In this document: positions 14,293 through 27,566 of the stretch, in pieces | Numbering within the stretch: position 1 is the stretch's first letter | Layout: each line of letters starts with the position of its first letter | From: Octopus bimaculoides | Taxonomy: Eukaryota | Length of the DNA stretch: 64,000 bases | NCBI RefSeq assembly: GCF_001194135.2 | Contig: NC_068986.1 | Span: forward strand, 69,841,352 to 69,905,351 | Direction of reading: 5' to 3' | The notes under the pieces: model-generated | Told to the model about the DNA's origin: nothing | The model's database searches: none | What the model saw: only the letters and a program-made list of their open reading frames with translations | Made by a program: the position numbers and the translations under genes

Positions 14293-14689
14293 AAACTTTA
14301 TATACCAATATTAAAGATTTATCGCTAAAGCGAAAATACCATAAAAAATATGTTGAAAGATATATGATATATCTCATTCCATTAAACTTAAATTTGTTAT
14401 ACGAAAGGAAAAATAAGTAAAATTGTCTCTTAACAGGATGATTCTTTTCCTTCCAATAGAAATGACGGTACAGCCAATGAAAAAAAAAGAGGTTAAAAAG
14501 GAAAAGTTACTCAAAAATAAACCGTAAGGGTTTAGAGAAAATTAGAAGATACTAGAAGTGATCGTAATACTGTGTGAATATTTAGATAATTTCAAGATTC
14601 CTATTGTGGATTATGGGATGCATCATCAGTGGTTTTTCTCTGGTCTTCCTGAGTTGATCAAGTCTTGGTTTACATCAGTAGTACAAGCC

Positions 14690-14900
14690 ACAGATCAGCT
14701 CTTTTTAATGGAACTTATGTAATGCAACTTATGGGCCTCCTTTGGAAGCGCACTTCAATTGCCATGCACTGTGCCTTCCATTCCCGATTTCTACACTGCT
14801 TTACCAGCCCCTTGCATATGTTTCTCCCAGGCCACAGTCAGCTTCCACATGGTTACCTGCTTGTTGGAATTTGAGATCAATATGGTTGTTAGTATGATGT
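14690..14900 (-). mobile_element. HERO/NeSL/R2-like non-LTR remnant (restriction-like endonuclease region)
   Basis: - strand frames give SNSNKQVTMWKLTVAWEKHMQ and LVKQCRNREWKAQCMAIEV, resembling KxVxxIELTVPWE and LxxxCxxxGWxxxxxxIEVG. Confidence 0.55.
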
Positions 14901-15525
14901 GATAAAAACCAAATTATACTTGCATTAAAACTACATCTCTGATATGAATATAAGAGAAGGACGAATAAAACAATTTATAGAAACTGAGATAGAGAAAATA
15001 ACAATTGCGCAATGAATATACAGATTAGAAGTGGAATGCAATGAATAAATAAATATATCAATCAATCAATTACTTAACAAACAAGAAAGTATTGGTTACA
15101 GGCTGGTGATGTGAAATGTCTTGAAAGCAGCAGCAATAAAACAGGTGACATAAATTAGAATCAAGGCGTCGTCTACAGGTAGATCATGCTTCTGCAAAGA
15201 TACTTAATCGATCTGCATAGACTAAGAGTTGATAATAGAAACTAAGTGAAATAAATGAAGGTCTGACATTACACTTACATAAATATGTACACACACCACA
15301 CACACACACACATGTATGTATGTATGTATGTATGTATGTATGCATGTACGTACGTACGTATGTATGTATGTATGTATGTATGTATGCATGTACGTACGTA
15401 CGTATGTATGTATGTATGTATGTATGTGTATATAAATGAGATGTATATATGTATGTGTATATAAATGTCTACATGTATGTATAGCCGCGAAAGGCTCCGA
15501 ATATATATATATATATATACATATT

Positions 15526-15569
<44 letters not shown>

Positions 15570-16007
15570 ACAATTTGTATTTATAATCATTCATGGTATG
15601 AAACAGGCTGGTGGTGCATGATAGTTCAGTGTAAGATANNNNNNNNNNNNNNNNNNNNNNNNNNNNNNNNNNNNNNNNNNNNNNNNNNNNNNNNNNNNNN
15701 NNNNNNNNNNNNNNNNNNNNNNNNNNNNNNNNNNNNNNNNNNNNNNNNNNNNNNNNNNNNNNNNNNNNNNNNNNNNNNNNNNNNNNNNNNNNNNNNNNNN
15801 NNNNNNNNNNNNNNNNNNNNNNNNNNNNNNNNNNNNNNNNNNNNNNNNNNNNNNNNNNNNNNNNNNNNNNNNNNNNNNNNNNNNNNNNNNNNNNNNNNNN
15901 NNNNNNNNNNNNNNNNNNNNNNNNNNNNNNNNNNNNNNNNNNNNNNNNNNNNNNNNNNNNNNNNNNNNNNNNNNNNNNNNNNNNNNNNNNNNNNNNNNNN
16001 NNNNNNN

Positions 16008-16038
<31 letters not shown>

Positions 16039-16770
16039 CAAACAGAGCCCCTCTTAATACTAGTAATAAGGTAAATATCAAATGTATTCAAAAGTTAAGC
16101 ACGTATTTTCATCTGACGATTGCTTCTGAATCCAACGTTGAGATATATTGTCTTTATGTGTTCGGTTTTCTGTATCATGCGGGCTGGTGTATATTTTCAG
16201 AAAGTATACTTATGTATATATAACAGTGTAGGAACATGTATTTATGTATAAGCTAAATTATTACATATACACTTATATACGTATATGAAGATTTCTGGTA
16301 ATATAGACATTATGCCTGTGAGATACTTATATGTCCACGAAAACAGCACCCTTAAACACTAACTCTTGTTTACGCTCATATAAACACCCAGACGAACTAA
16401 TATACACATGCTTGCACAAAATCTTAAAAGCAATTGATTAATTTTATTTCCAACGCCTTTAAGTTCTCTTTTTAACCTCCTCCTACTGTAAGCATAGATT
16501 TTTTTGTTGCTCTGAATAACACTCTTTTAATATTTCTAATTTAATCATCGCATCCTCTGTTGTCTCTTAACTCTGAAATTAATTCAAATGATTTTATTTA
16601 CGGTATTTAATCAATTATAGCGGCGAAGTCTTAGCCAGTCTTTTACATCCACAGCTCTCTAATCTGGTTAGTTTTTCTAATTTCTAAATGTACAGAACTG
16701 TATACCATACTGTCGGCATGTCTTTGAGTAGCTATTGTTGCTGGACAATATCTTCCCAATTCACATTTTA

Positions 16771-16831
16771 ATGTTACTTGTCCTTGTGTTTGGCGCCATA
16801 TTTTTATTGTTAGCTGGTTCTTTGCAATCGT
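16771..16831 (+). CDS. Putative first coding exon (signal peptide) of the Cys-rich secreted protein gene
   Basis: The first ATG after an in-frame TAG (16729) gives MLLVLVFGAIFLLLAGSLQS plus 1 nt, then a strong donor GTGAGT at 16832. Phase 1 matches the acceptor at 30438. Confidence 0.5.
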
Positions 16832-17567
16832 GTGAGTAGGGATAAACAAACAAAAGTCAAAGAAAAGCAATCAATAATGTGCTCGAGTGAGTAGGCAAAC
16901 TTGATAACTATTGATATTACAATTCTATCGCTCTTGTTAGTATCAAGTAATCAAGGGTATGATTAACTTTCGTGACATTGATTAGAAGCAGAACACTGGT
17001 GGTAGGAAAGGCATTTAAATGGAAGACGGATAAATATAAGAATAAGGGGGTTACATTTGGTATCAAACGCACAGGAAACAACGTCAGAAGAAAGAAGGCA
17101 TATAAAAAGGAAAATAGGGTAATTTGTCCAACAATTGAGGACAAAAACTGATAGAAATATTTTTAAAAAATAACATGACTTAATTAACTAAACCCTGGGA
17201 TAGTTAAACTGAAATTGTGACATTGGGAGTTCTAAAACAATACAACAAATAAGCTAGAATTTCATGAAACAATTTTATTATAGTTTATAGAATTTAAATA
17301 TTTTGCAGCAGATGTGGCTACTGTCTTCGCTAATTAGTTCTGCTTTGTTCAATATCAAGTGAATAAAACGGAGCGAATTCATAACCTATGTGTAATACAT
17401 CGAAAAAGTCACGTGTCACCAGTTTTGTACATTCTTTTATTATATAATGATACTCAGATATTTATTTGACAGAAATCAAGTTTATCTTTGTAATCTTATA
17501 GGAATTTGAGAGGCAGATAGATGGTGTATTTCATATTTTGAGGAAAAGATATTTCAGCTCCTTCAAA

Positions 17568-17746
17568 ATATTGGTTTCAAATTTTGACGCAAGGCCAGTG
17601 AGTTTGGGGGAGGGGCTAAATCGATTAAATCGATCCCAGTGCTCAACTGGTATTATCTTATCGACTCCGAAAGGATGAAAGGCAAAGTGGGCCACGGCAG
17701 AATTTGAACTCAGAACATAAAGACGGACGAAATGCCGCTAAGCATT
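17568..17746 (-). mobile_element. SINE family A
   Basis: GCAAGGCCAGTGAGTTTGGGG...CCGAAAGGATGAAAGGCAAAG...GAATTTGAACTCAGAAC...GCCGCTAAGCATTT. Confidence 0.8.
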
Positions 17747-18282
17747 TAACAACATTTACAGACATAATATACTCTATGCTGGGCAATTTTTATAACTTAG
17801 AAAAATTATAATTATTTCACATCAATAATTTCTCATTGAAAATAGTGAATTTTAAACAAAATTGATTAGTTTCAGTATCCTATTCTTATTGTACAACGAG
17901 ATTGACAGGAAGAATGTAGAAATGCTCCTCCATCGACTGACAATTTCACACTTGCTTGAAGAAATAAAAATGTTTTACTTCCGGCCTGAAATTTCAGTTT
18001 TCCAACCTAAGAATTTCAGAAGCTATTCCAGTAATCGCCAAAAGAAATATTACAATTATAATCATTGATGGTTGCAAAAGACACCTATTACTATAATGGT
18101 GTATAGTATAAAGCAATTACTTTTGTTGATATAACTATCATCATCATCATCACCATCATAATCAACATCACCTTCATCGTCGTCTTCGTTGTCGTCATCA
18201 TCGTCATCATTATCAGTAATTAACTTTGTTAAGTGATAAATACATTTATTAAAAAATGAAGCTAGCGAAATAATTTCATCCT

Positions 18283-18299
18283 TACTACTGCTGCTGCTG

Positions 18300-18363
<64 letters not shown>

Positions 18364-18365
18364 AA
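18283..18365. repeat. (CTG)/(CTA)n trinucleotide repeat, preceded by (CAT)-rich sequence at about 18137-18212
   Basis: Read directly. Explains the poly-S/D ORF 18062..18397. Confidence 0.93.
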
Positions 18366-19837
18366 CAACAAACAACAAATACTACTGATAATGGCATAAA
18401 TTCAGCTGGTAACGCTTACCATATTCATGACATTTAACTCAATGCTGATTTTGACATGGCTGTAGGAATAATTATGTTGATAATTTAAGAAATTCTAGTT
18501 CCAGTTTGTACGAGTATAGATTATTGCTTAGCCACACAGACGCGTGAATGCCATCCCTGTATATATTTCTGTTGGTTCTAAGGCAGTTAGACAGCGTGGT
18601 ATTTGCTCAAGCAAGAGACCAGACAAAGAAAATCAGAGTAGATTGACCAGTGTATGAGTTGATCTTGAATCATTCTGAAATGAGAAAGTGAATTATCAGA
18701 AAACTGCATTGTTCTAATGTCGCTCTGTATTGAACTGGGATTCAGACGTGACATTAAGAATAGTTGGGAACTTATTTCAGCCTTACTGCATGTTCACAAT
18801 AATGCAAGTTGGAAACACACTTGAAAGTTTTGTGAGAAAACGACGAAAGTGAAACAATATCTGCATATACTTGGAAGGAATTATGAATTCATAGCACAAT
18901 TTTATTTGGTTGGCATCGAATAAAAAGCAGATAAGCATGCATGCTTAAAGTGGCTTTCTCAGAGCTTTAGTATATATAGTTCTCTTTTCTATATCTTTAC
19001 TCTTATTTTTTCAAAAGCATTTAACCAGTTTTCACCACTAGCACTAATATTATTATAATGACCGAAGATGAAGTGCGTAATAATATTTAGTCTCAGAGAA
19101 CTTGAATGTTAGAGTCGATTAAGAAGCCGTTTGTAATTAGTCCTTGGCGCTGTTTACATTCGTGACGAAGGCTATCTTGATCGAGTCTCACAACTGTAAG
19201 CACCAGCGCTTTAAACTCGTAAACGATTATATATTTGTAGCGTCTGTATCAATTACTCTTGCAGATAAGTTAATTTCGATATAACAATGTGAAATTTAGC
19301 GCTCACTTAATGCTATGTAATCTGGAAATCATCTCTAATCTAATAGATAGGAAGTAGTGGACGTTTAATTTCTTCCAGACTTCGATTTCACATCCTGTAC
19401 TGTTTGGTTATACTTTAATCATCCATGGTTGATAAAATGAGCACTGTCGTATACTGTGTATTAAAAAGTCTATGATATCAATACGCAAATGCAAAAGAAC
19501 TAGAAATTAGCATCCGAGGAAATGAATGTGTAGGTAGGTTTAAATTCGTAGTTATAGACTTCTTTTCACTTCATTTATCTAACCAATGCTGATAAAAACA
19601 TTAATATTACTTAATCATATATCTCCTTACTATCAGAGAGCGTGCGTGTGCTTATCTCATGAATCTGTTTTAGCAAGCAACTGTTACCATTATCACTACA
19701 ATCAACGCCTATTACACCTCTGCTGTGGTTAATCCCAAAAATATTTTTAAAATCTTTGATACAAATATAATTGCTAATATCAGTATATCAGTGAACATAT
19801 AAACCCCAACGATTGGTTTACGTTAACATTTCCGCTA

Positions 19838-19891
<54 letters not shown>

Positions 19892-19934
19892 GTGTGTGTG
19901 TGTGTGTATGAGTGTGCATTCTTTTATTATTTTA

Positions 19935-20125
19935 TTTGTTTCAGTCATTTGACTGGGGCCATGCTGGAGTACCTTCGGCCGAACAAATCGACTCCAGGAC
20001 CTATTCTTTCTAAGCCTAGTACTTTTTTAACAGTAACTTTTGCCGAACCGCTAGGTTACGGTGACGTAAACACAGCAGCATCGGTTGTCAAGCGATGCTA
20101 GGATGACAAAAACAGACGCACAAAA
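19935..20125 (-). mobile_element. SINE family C (TTTCAGTCATTTGACT...GCCATGCTGGAG...GCCGAACCGCTA...GACGTAAACA as read on +)
   Basis: Recurs at 48540 and 59572 (same orientation) and at 53775 and 63440 (opposite). Confidence 0.75.
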
Positions 20126-20367
20126 ACATACATACATACTGGAAAGCTGAAATCTACAAGATTTTTCACTCACTCTTTCTCTGTTTATTTTCTCTTATTC
20201 CTTTCTGTTGAAGAGCACAGGCGCGAAACGTAAAAGATTCTTTCATTTTTCTCGAGCGTCAAACTAATACACTTGGTTGTTGTTCATACACCTGTCTTCA
20301 TCTTTTGTTTCTCTATAAATTTCAACTATATATATATAAAAAGTAAAAAGTACATATATATATATAG

Positions 20368-20517
20368 GAGGGGATTCGTTCAGTTTCCGTCTACCAGATC
20401 CACTCACAAGGGTCTGGTCCATCCGAGGCTATAGTAGAAGACACCCATTCAAGATGCCATGCGGCGGGACATGCTCTGAGCAATGTGGTTGGGAAGCAAG
20501 CTTCTTACCACACGCGC
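20368..20517 (-). mobile_element. SINE family B
   Basis: ATCCACTCACAAGG...GAGGCTATAGTAGAAGACAC...GGTTGGGAAGCAAGCTTCTTACCACAC. Confidence 0.8.
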
Positions 20518-20518
20518 A

Positions 20519-20562
<44 letters not shown>

Positions 20563-20577
20563 GTGGACGGACAGACG

Positions 20578-20611
<34 letters not shown>

Positions 20612-20667
20612 TATATATATAGATATTTACATACATGCATACATGTATATTTGTATGTATGTATGTA

Positions 20668-22229
20668 TATATAGCAAATGAAGGACGGAACATGGAATAT
20701 ACGAGAATTTATTAATCACGACAATTGTTTCGACACATCTAGCATCGATCCCTCATGGGTGGCACATTCAACAACTAAATCAGGAGGACCCAGCGGTGCA
20801 GATGTACTCAGTCGGGTGATAAATAGATACAACTTATTAAAATAATAGTTCCGCAATGTAAATTCTTGTTTTGTAGAAAGAAAACAGCCAGACGGAAAAA
20901 AAAAATTTCTTCATTTATATAGAAGATCAAAAATAAAATCACAGATGGGAAAAAAGAGAAACGAACACGCAATACAGCGAGAAAAGTATTAAAAATAACC
21001 GTTAACAAATATGGGTGTATAAACTCCCTTGGGCAAGCTGCATAGCACGAGTACACTTGCTCATACAAGCATCCGCGAAAATGTGAGCATACGCACACGT
21101 GAGGTTTGGTGCACTCATGATCACAAAGCGAGTTAGCTATCTACTTGGTGTTTGCAAGAATGGGCGGGGTTTAAATGTAAACTTAAGTCATCCATACCGT
21201 GAAGTAAATTAAATCATGTTAACGGTTACTCAAAATTCCTTCCAACTGCATTGTGCGAACGTACATTTATATGGATGTAGGCATCTCGTGAGTCTTTCAC
21301 AAATTCTATTGATGATCTTCTCGTTAGTCCACAGAATAGACAGGGATTCGTCGGAGCAGAGACGGCATCTCCTGGAAATTATATTGTATGATTTCGCGTG
21401 CCTTACTATGGACCAAGTTATACTGTACTTCATCTTATCCTACTTCAGTCACCATACAAAATCGGCCAAAGATGTTGAATGTCTGTTGTTGATTGTCTTA
21501 AAGATGGCGACATGGTTACGATAATGATTCTTAAATGAATCAGCCGTGTACCCAATATAAACATACGGTCCTCCCCTTGTATGCTCGGTACATTTATATA
21601 CAAGAGTTGTACTCATACAAAGATTCATCAAAGGACATTTTGATTTTTCTCTGCATGAGCATTTAACGTACTTATTTGTATACAAGGTAGTTCCGGCCCC
21701 ATTTACCGGCGTTGTTACCGTGTTAGCTGTATCATAACTATTTCTACAGCTACAATGTGGTGGTAACTGGTGTTTATCATTGCAGTTTACATCTGCTTGG
21801 TTAGTATTTAGATACATATGTGTCGCTAGATCCAGTAGGTGGGTTATTGCACCATTGCCGCATTTTGCTATTGTTTATGCGATGCATATGCTGGCCTAAA
21901 TTAGCAGAATCGGCGTAGGATACCTTCACGGAGTGCCGATTAAAATAGCATGATATCGATTAGGAAAACATTTGTCCAAAGCAGCAATCTTAGTTGAAAT
22001 ATGCGAACAGAAAATCGAGATGAACCAAAGGACATCTTGATTCCTATATCTGTTGTTAGGTTTATTTGATCGAGTGTGCTATACAGGATTGGAACAAGCA
22101 GTTGAATTATTATAACGCGTGTGTCTATGAGTTTTTGTTGGTAGTTCATTGACATGAATAATGTCTAAACAATTGTCGTGATTAATAAATTCTCGTATAT
22201 TCCATCTTCCGTCTTTTATTTGCCATATA
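20668..22229 (-). mobile_element. 5'-truncated Penelope-like element (GIY-YIG endonuclease) with 3' pLTR and inverted partial pLTR at the 5' end
   Basis: - strand frames give DVLWF, FNRHSVKVSYADSANL, CSCREKSKCPLMNLCMSTTLVYKC...YIGYTADSFKNHYRNH...STSLADFVW and WSIVRHAKSYNIISRRCRLC. The 68-bp ends (20668-20735 and about 22162-22229) are inverted with 5 mismatches. Confidence 0.85.
20716..20763 (-). ncRNA. Degenerate minimal type I hammerhead-like motif in the pLTR
   Basis: The - strand reads CCAC-CCAUGA...GAAAC-AAUU-GUC-GUGA, with palindromic stem III ACAAUUGU and a GUC site. The CUGANGA box is mutated. Confidence 0.45.
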
Positions 22230-22415
22230 CATAACGATCACTGTGAAAGTGACCGTTCTATATATAGACTATGAGGGGTTCAGTTTACTTGTGATCAAAG
22301 CGAATAGGTACGCTGGATAAGAGCCATAATTGATCGACCATTAGATTCTAAGATCACAGCGAAAGGCTGTGATCAAGGGATCCGTGTTAGGGTTCCGTTA
22401 TAGCATATACATATT

Positions 22416-23069
22416 AGAGGAAAAATCAAAATCAAAGTAGAACGAGTATCTCAAGTCATTTAGAATAACTTAATGAGGTTTCTGGGATAAACTAGGTGGT
22501 TGGTTAGCCGTCCGTGGCCAGGGTATTCCGTCATCAGAGACAAGGTATGCTTATTTTAGACGAGGAAAAATTACAGTTTACAAGGAATAAAATTCACAGT
22601 TTATAAGGAATAAAATAGAAGAATAAAGAGTAAAAGTAGTTAGAAGAATATAGGCAGGAGAATAATGTTCACAACACATCTTTTTCCAGAGGATAAGGAT
22701 GTTGCTCGGTACTTCCATGAAAGTATACTATATTCTTCTAACTACTTTTACTCTTTATTCTTCTATTTTACTCCTTTATTCTTCTATTTTATTCCGTTTA
22801 AACTGTGAATTTTATTCTTTGTAAATTTTGTGTTAAATATTCTAAAATATTCAGTCTAAAATAGTCTAAATAGCCTAAAATATTCTAAAATATTGTCTAA
22901 AATATTCATACCTTGTCTCTGATGACGGAATACCCCGTGCACGGACATGCTAACCAACCACTTGGGTTATCCCAGAAACAGCTGTAAGACTTCAAATTCA
23001 CCTTACCCTAATTAAATTATTCTAAATAACTTGAGATACTCGTTCTACCTTGGTTTTGAATTTTCCTCT
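22416..23069. repeat. 654-bp foldback: arms 22416-22653 and 22728-23069, 74-bp spacer
   Basis: Arms align by eye in reverse complement (AGAGGAAAA...GTAGAACGAGTATCTCAAG; GGTTAG; GTATTCCGTCATCAGAGACAAGGTATG; AGTAAAAGTAGTTAGAAGAATATAG), with indels. Confidence 0.92.
22915..22990 (+). ncRNA. Candidate minimal type I hammerhead ribozyme (Penelope-pLTR type)
   Basis: GUCU(22915-18), CUGAUGA(22919-25), stem II region, GAAA(22975-78), palindromic ACAGCUGU, GUA site (cut after 22986), AGAC(22987-90) pairing with GUCU. The stem II closing pair is a non-canonical C.A. Confidence 0.6.
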
Positions 23070-23089
23070 GATATAATAATAATAATAAT

Positions 23090-23136
<47 letters not shown>

Positions 23137-26042
23137 TTATAAAGCAATTAAATTGTTTTAATTTCAAAAGCGTTATCCATGCTATCGGTCGTGTCAATGT
23201 TACAAAATTGAACAAACCGAATAAAAGATTTAATTTTACATCACTTAGCACAAATTTCATGCTTCTAGATGTTTCTGTAAACTTTTCCGACAAAAAAGTT
23301 CTGATTGATTGACTCGGTTTCTTTTACTTTCATATCTCAAAATTAGCAACTCTTGTTCAATTCGCTCGGGCAGTGTAAGCAATATTTAGTTTATTGCATT
23401 GACTATCTATACATTAACAGAATTACATTATTTTTATGAGAGGTCTCGTAATAGTTCAATTTATAGATCCTAAATGAAACTAACGATTCATTCTTTCATT
23501 ATCTCGAGTGAATCGACGAATGTTGCCATTCTCTGCATCGTAGAGTAAGGACATTAATCGAAAATTTGAGGTTGATCAAATATTGTAAGAATACATAAAT
23601 ACACTAGGGATTGGAATCGCTGGGTGATTGCAACTAATATTATTCGGTGACCACCGATTACTTTTATTGCTTTCATATGTCATTTCCAATGACATGCGTA
23701 CTTATTTTTAAAAAGAATTATAGTAGTTTTACTGTTCATATTAGATTTTTCATTAGCAATTATTCTACAAGAAAATGGCGTGTAGTCTTAATATCATCAG
23801 ATTCTAACTTAATTCTTCCGTAGCAAGAACTCTACTATCAAGCATTTGAATAAACATCATCGTTATTTAAATCACAAAATCAAAGTACAATAAAGAACCA
23901 AGGCTAGAACAACTTTAGTTGGTTGATACAAATAGAATAAGAGAACAGCTTGAAAGAGAATCGCCCTCACCTCATTAGAAAATCCTATTTTAATTCAATG
24001 AGAATTTAATCACCGCCATCAGCCTGTTTTATTGTAGCGATTATAGGAATTATAGAAGTCATGAAGGAGGTATAAGTTTCCCCTTTCATAAATCACAGAA
24101 GAAGCTAATATAACTTCTCAATGAAGCGGGTGCTGTATTGATAAACTGCATGTAAACTAAATCTATGACCGTGTTTCGATTCCCAATAATAGCCTTGTAT
24201 TATTGCTTAACTTCCTACCGAGAGATACATAGAACATCATAACCGCATTCCTTTTCTATAAATAAGAATTGTTGTGTTTATGTAAGAAATCAATATTACT
24301 CTGCAATAAAGACTAATAACTAATTTTAGGACATCACGAAACATTCCTAACCTTCCTCTTATCCAATGATTTCGATGAAATATTCAGATTCGTTCAAGTT
24401 TTAATACATATTGAATTAAAACTTGTGAATTAATCTATACGACAGCTTCTGAGGAAATTAACGACAGAATTCTCTAATTATAATCACCTTGATATTTCTT
24501 TAATATCTTCATTTATATTATGCAAACGAAACTTCTACTTCGTAGATTATATTTGTTCATTTTCTCCATGTGGTAAACGAAATCAGTTGTTCTTGACAAT
24601 TTTACTCGGAGGTGTTGCACTTTCCCTCTTATTCAACATTTACATTTTATGAGAAGGTGGCAGCAACAACTTTAATTAGCGACAAAAACATACATTATTA
24701 ACTTCCTTGACAATGTTAATATTAATCAGCATGACAATGCATTTGTTATATTTCCACATGGCGTCTTTAGAAAGTTGATGAATTCAGAAAAAAAAATTAT
24801 ATTTTGCACATTCTCAATGAAAGAAGGATAATTTCGACAGCTTCAGTTAAATCACGCGCATAATTATTCAGTTCTTACAGAATAATTATTAATTCTGATT
24901 TTCGAAATCATTACAGATTCCATCACTTCTCGATGAGAAACTCCAAAATCATATAATTAATTATTGAAGTATAAGTTTGGTACATACAGTAACTATAGCT
25001 ATATATCTCTTATAATGCACACGTGAAATGCTAAACTTCCACACACAAAAAATTAGAAACAAATTAGATATTTTTTAAATAACTATATATGAAAAAGAAA
25101 TAGTTAAAGGGGCATAGTATAAAATGAATAGCATTCTATTACATCATAAAGCAGCATATTCACAAAAAAACTTATAAAAAGCGTAAACAAAAAGTGAATA
25201 ATCAGAAATCATTAGAAAAAAAAAATAAAAAGAACGAAATAGTAAATGTTACAATGAAGAAAAAAATTGTGTAAGATCTTGTTCTGAATGAGAATTGTCT
25301 CAAAGATATCGGGAAATTGCCACTTCAATCTTAGTATAGACTTTTTAAGAAAACTATTGTTAACTGGAAATAAATTTTTCTTAAAAATCTCTTGTCAGTT
25401 TTGCTGTCATCCAACCGGATGTCACTGTTGATGTGTGCCATTACTTTTGTTATCAACAACATGGTTGAGAGAAAATGACTCAGGGGAGCGTTCCGTATAA
25501 TAATTAGAAATATGTTAGGGTCTTACATATGTAATATAGTGGATTGAAAAGTGTCGATTAACCGAGATTATCTAAGCAATTATTAGACAAAAACTCTCTG
25601 AAGATGTTCAAAATTTAAGACAAGGAAATAATAACTTCTATAAGATCAGTTTATCGACATTTTGGGGGCAGTATAAACAATACAGATTTAAATAGATCTG
25701 GCTTTTAACCTTTTGAAACAGCGAAAGCCCTTTGGTAGTCGAGATTTCGTTTGACTATATTCCATGGAAGGCACAAAGACGATCGATATCATGGTTTTCT
25801 ATTTATGCCTGAAAACGATGATAGTTCTGTCTTATAGCAACCTTAAGCACAGAATATGTGGCCGTCCACTTTTGCGTCTTCCAGGAGCATACCCAAATGA
25901 AAATGCGCCCGCTGAAGGATATTCGTGGGTTTAAAGGGTTAAAGCCAACTGGTGAAAAAAACAGAAGTGTTTCGATACCATAAGTCCTTTTCAATAAAGC
26001 ATATTTTGCTCAGTTGGCAATATATATATCTATGTTTATATA

Positions 26043-26055
26043 TGTGTGTGCGTGC

Positions 26056-26125
<70 letters not shown>
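26043..26125. repeat. (TG)n microsatellite
   Basis: Read directly. Confidence 0.95.
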
Positions 26126-26126
<1 letters not shown>

Positions 26127-27566
26127 GTGAGTGTATTTGTCTATGTACAGAAATTTAGTGGTGCTGATTATAAATATCAACAATAGGATATGTAATACTG
26201 TGAGCTGAGATATTTTGATAATCCGAGAATACAATAGCAATTAGAAGACAAAACTCCTTCTAAAAGGTGCCTAAAATCTAAAGCTAGTCGACATTTTGTA
26301 ACCTGTGTATAAATCCATTCGTTTTGTAATGAGAATGAATTACACAGAAAGAGACGCTGTCAAAAGAAATAATATTTTCGAATTATGTCGTCTTTAAATA
26401 TAAACATAATGATTATCACATTGAAATGCGACATTCAGACTAACTTCCTTTGTCTTTCTCTCAGACAACTTTAAGCCAAAATATTCTGTCGGAAATGACT
26501 AGACATAAAAGTAGCAAACAGTAAGTGACTTCGTTGTTATGTAATAGTATGAAATATAGGAAAGGAATAATGATTTTAATGTGTCACGTTAAATGAGAAT
26601 GACTGATCGTATATGATGGTGTATACAGAAATAGCCGACGTGGTATTTAAAATGAAACAGTGGAATACCGTCATTTCTTTCTGTATACTTAAACTTGATA
26701 ATGCAGACTGAGTGTTAGCAGTACGGAAAGCAAGCTGCTGAAGTAAGATGCATTCAATGTGATTATAAATGAAAAGAGGTGCGGAAAGAATGTAAGAGAA
26801 GTGTTGAAAATAATGGATTATCTGTATCAATAAGAGTCTCAAAGGAAAAATCGTTTATGGATTGTTGACTCAGCAAAATTAGCAACCGCTCTGATTCATC
26901 AGAAGACAAATAATGACGATATGATAACGATGTTTCAACAAATAAAACAAAACAAAAAATCAATATATATTTAAAAGCTAGAAAGAAAATAAAATTCTTT
27001 TATAAAAAAAATAACCAGAATAGCTGCTGCTAGGAATAGGCATGTGGTTGGAAACTTTATAGTGTTGTAGTTTCTTTATGAGGGTAAAACAACATTTTTC
27101 AGGGTGGGGGGGAACAAAAAAACAGAACGACCCGAATCGATATAGAAATGAGTTAATTAACTTACATTGATAAATTGATAGCGGTCTCCTTTAATTAATA
27201 GCACAACAAGAAGCAACTACATTGATATCAATAGCTTCTTCAAATGTTATATAATTGATTTGAAACTATATAAAAACGTTTGATTCTTTGAACAAGCGTC
27301 ATATGAAAAATCTGTACTGAGTGGCGGATTCTTCTCTCTGGGCGTTATCCACGCACAAAGTATATTGACTCATCATGACAAAAAGTGCTGTTATAAAAAG
27401 ATAATCAGAGAAATACAGAGTGCAAACATTATAAGGAGGCAGTAAAGATGTAAAGGTATGTTGAAGCAATTGCATAAAAAACCATGAAGCTGACAATGCT
27501 ATTCTATTGCTAAATCTTTAAAGCGTACTGCATTGATACATCTTGACTTGGCAAGCGACAATTATA

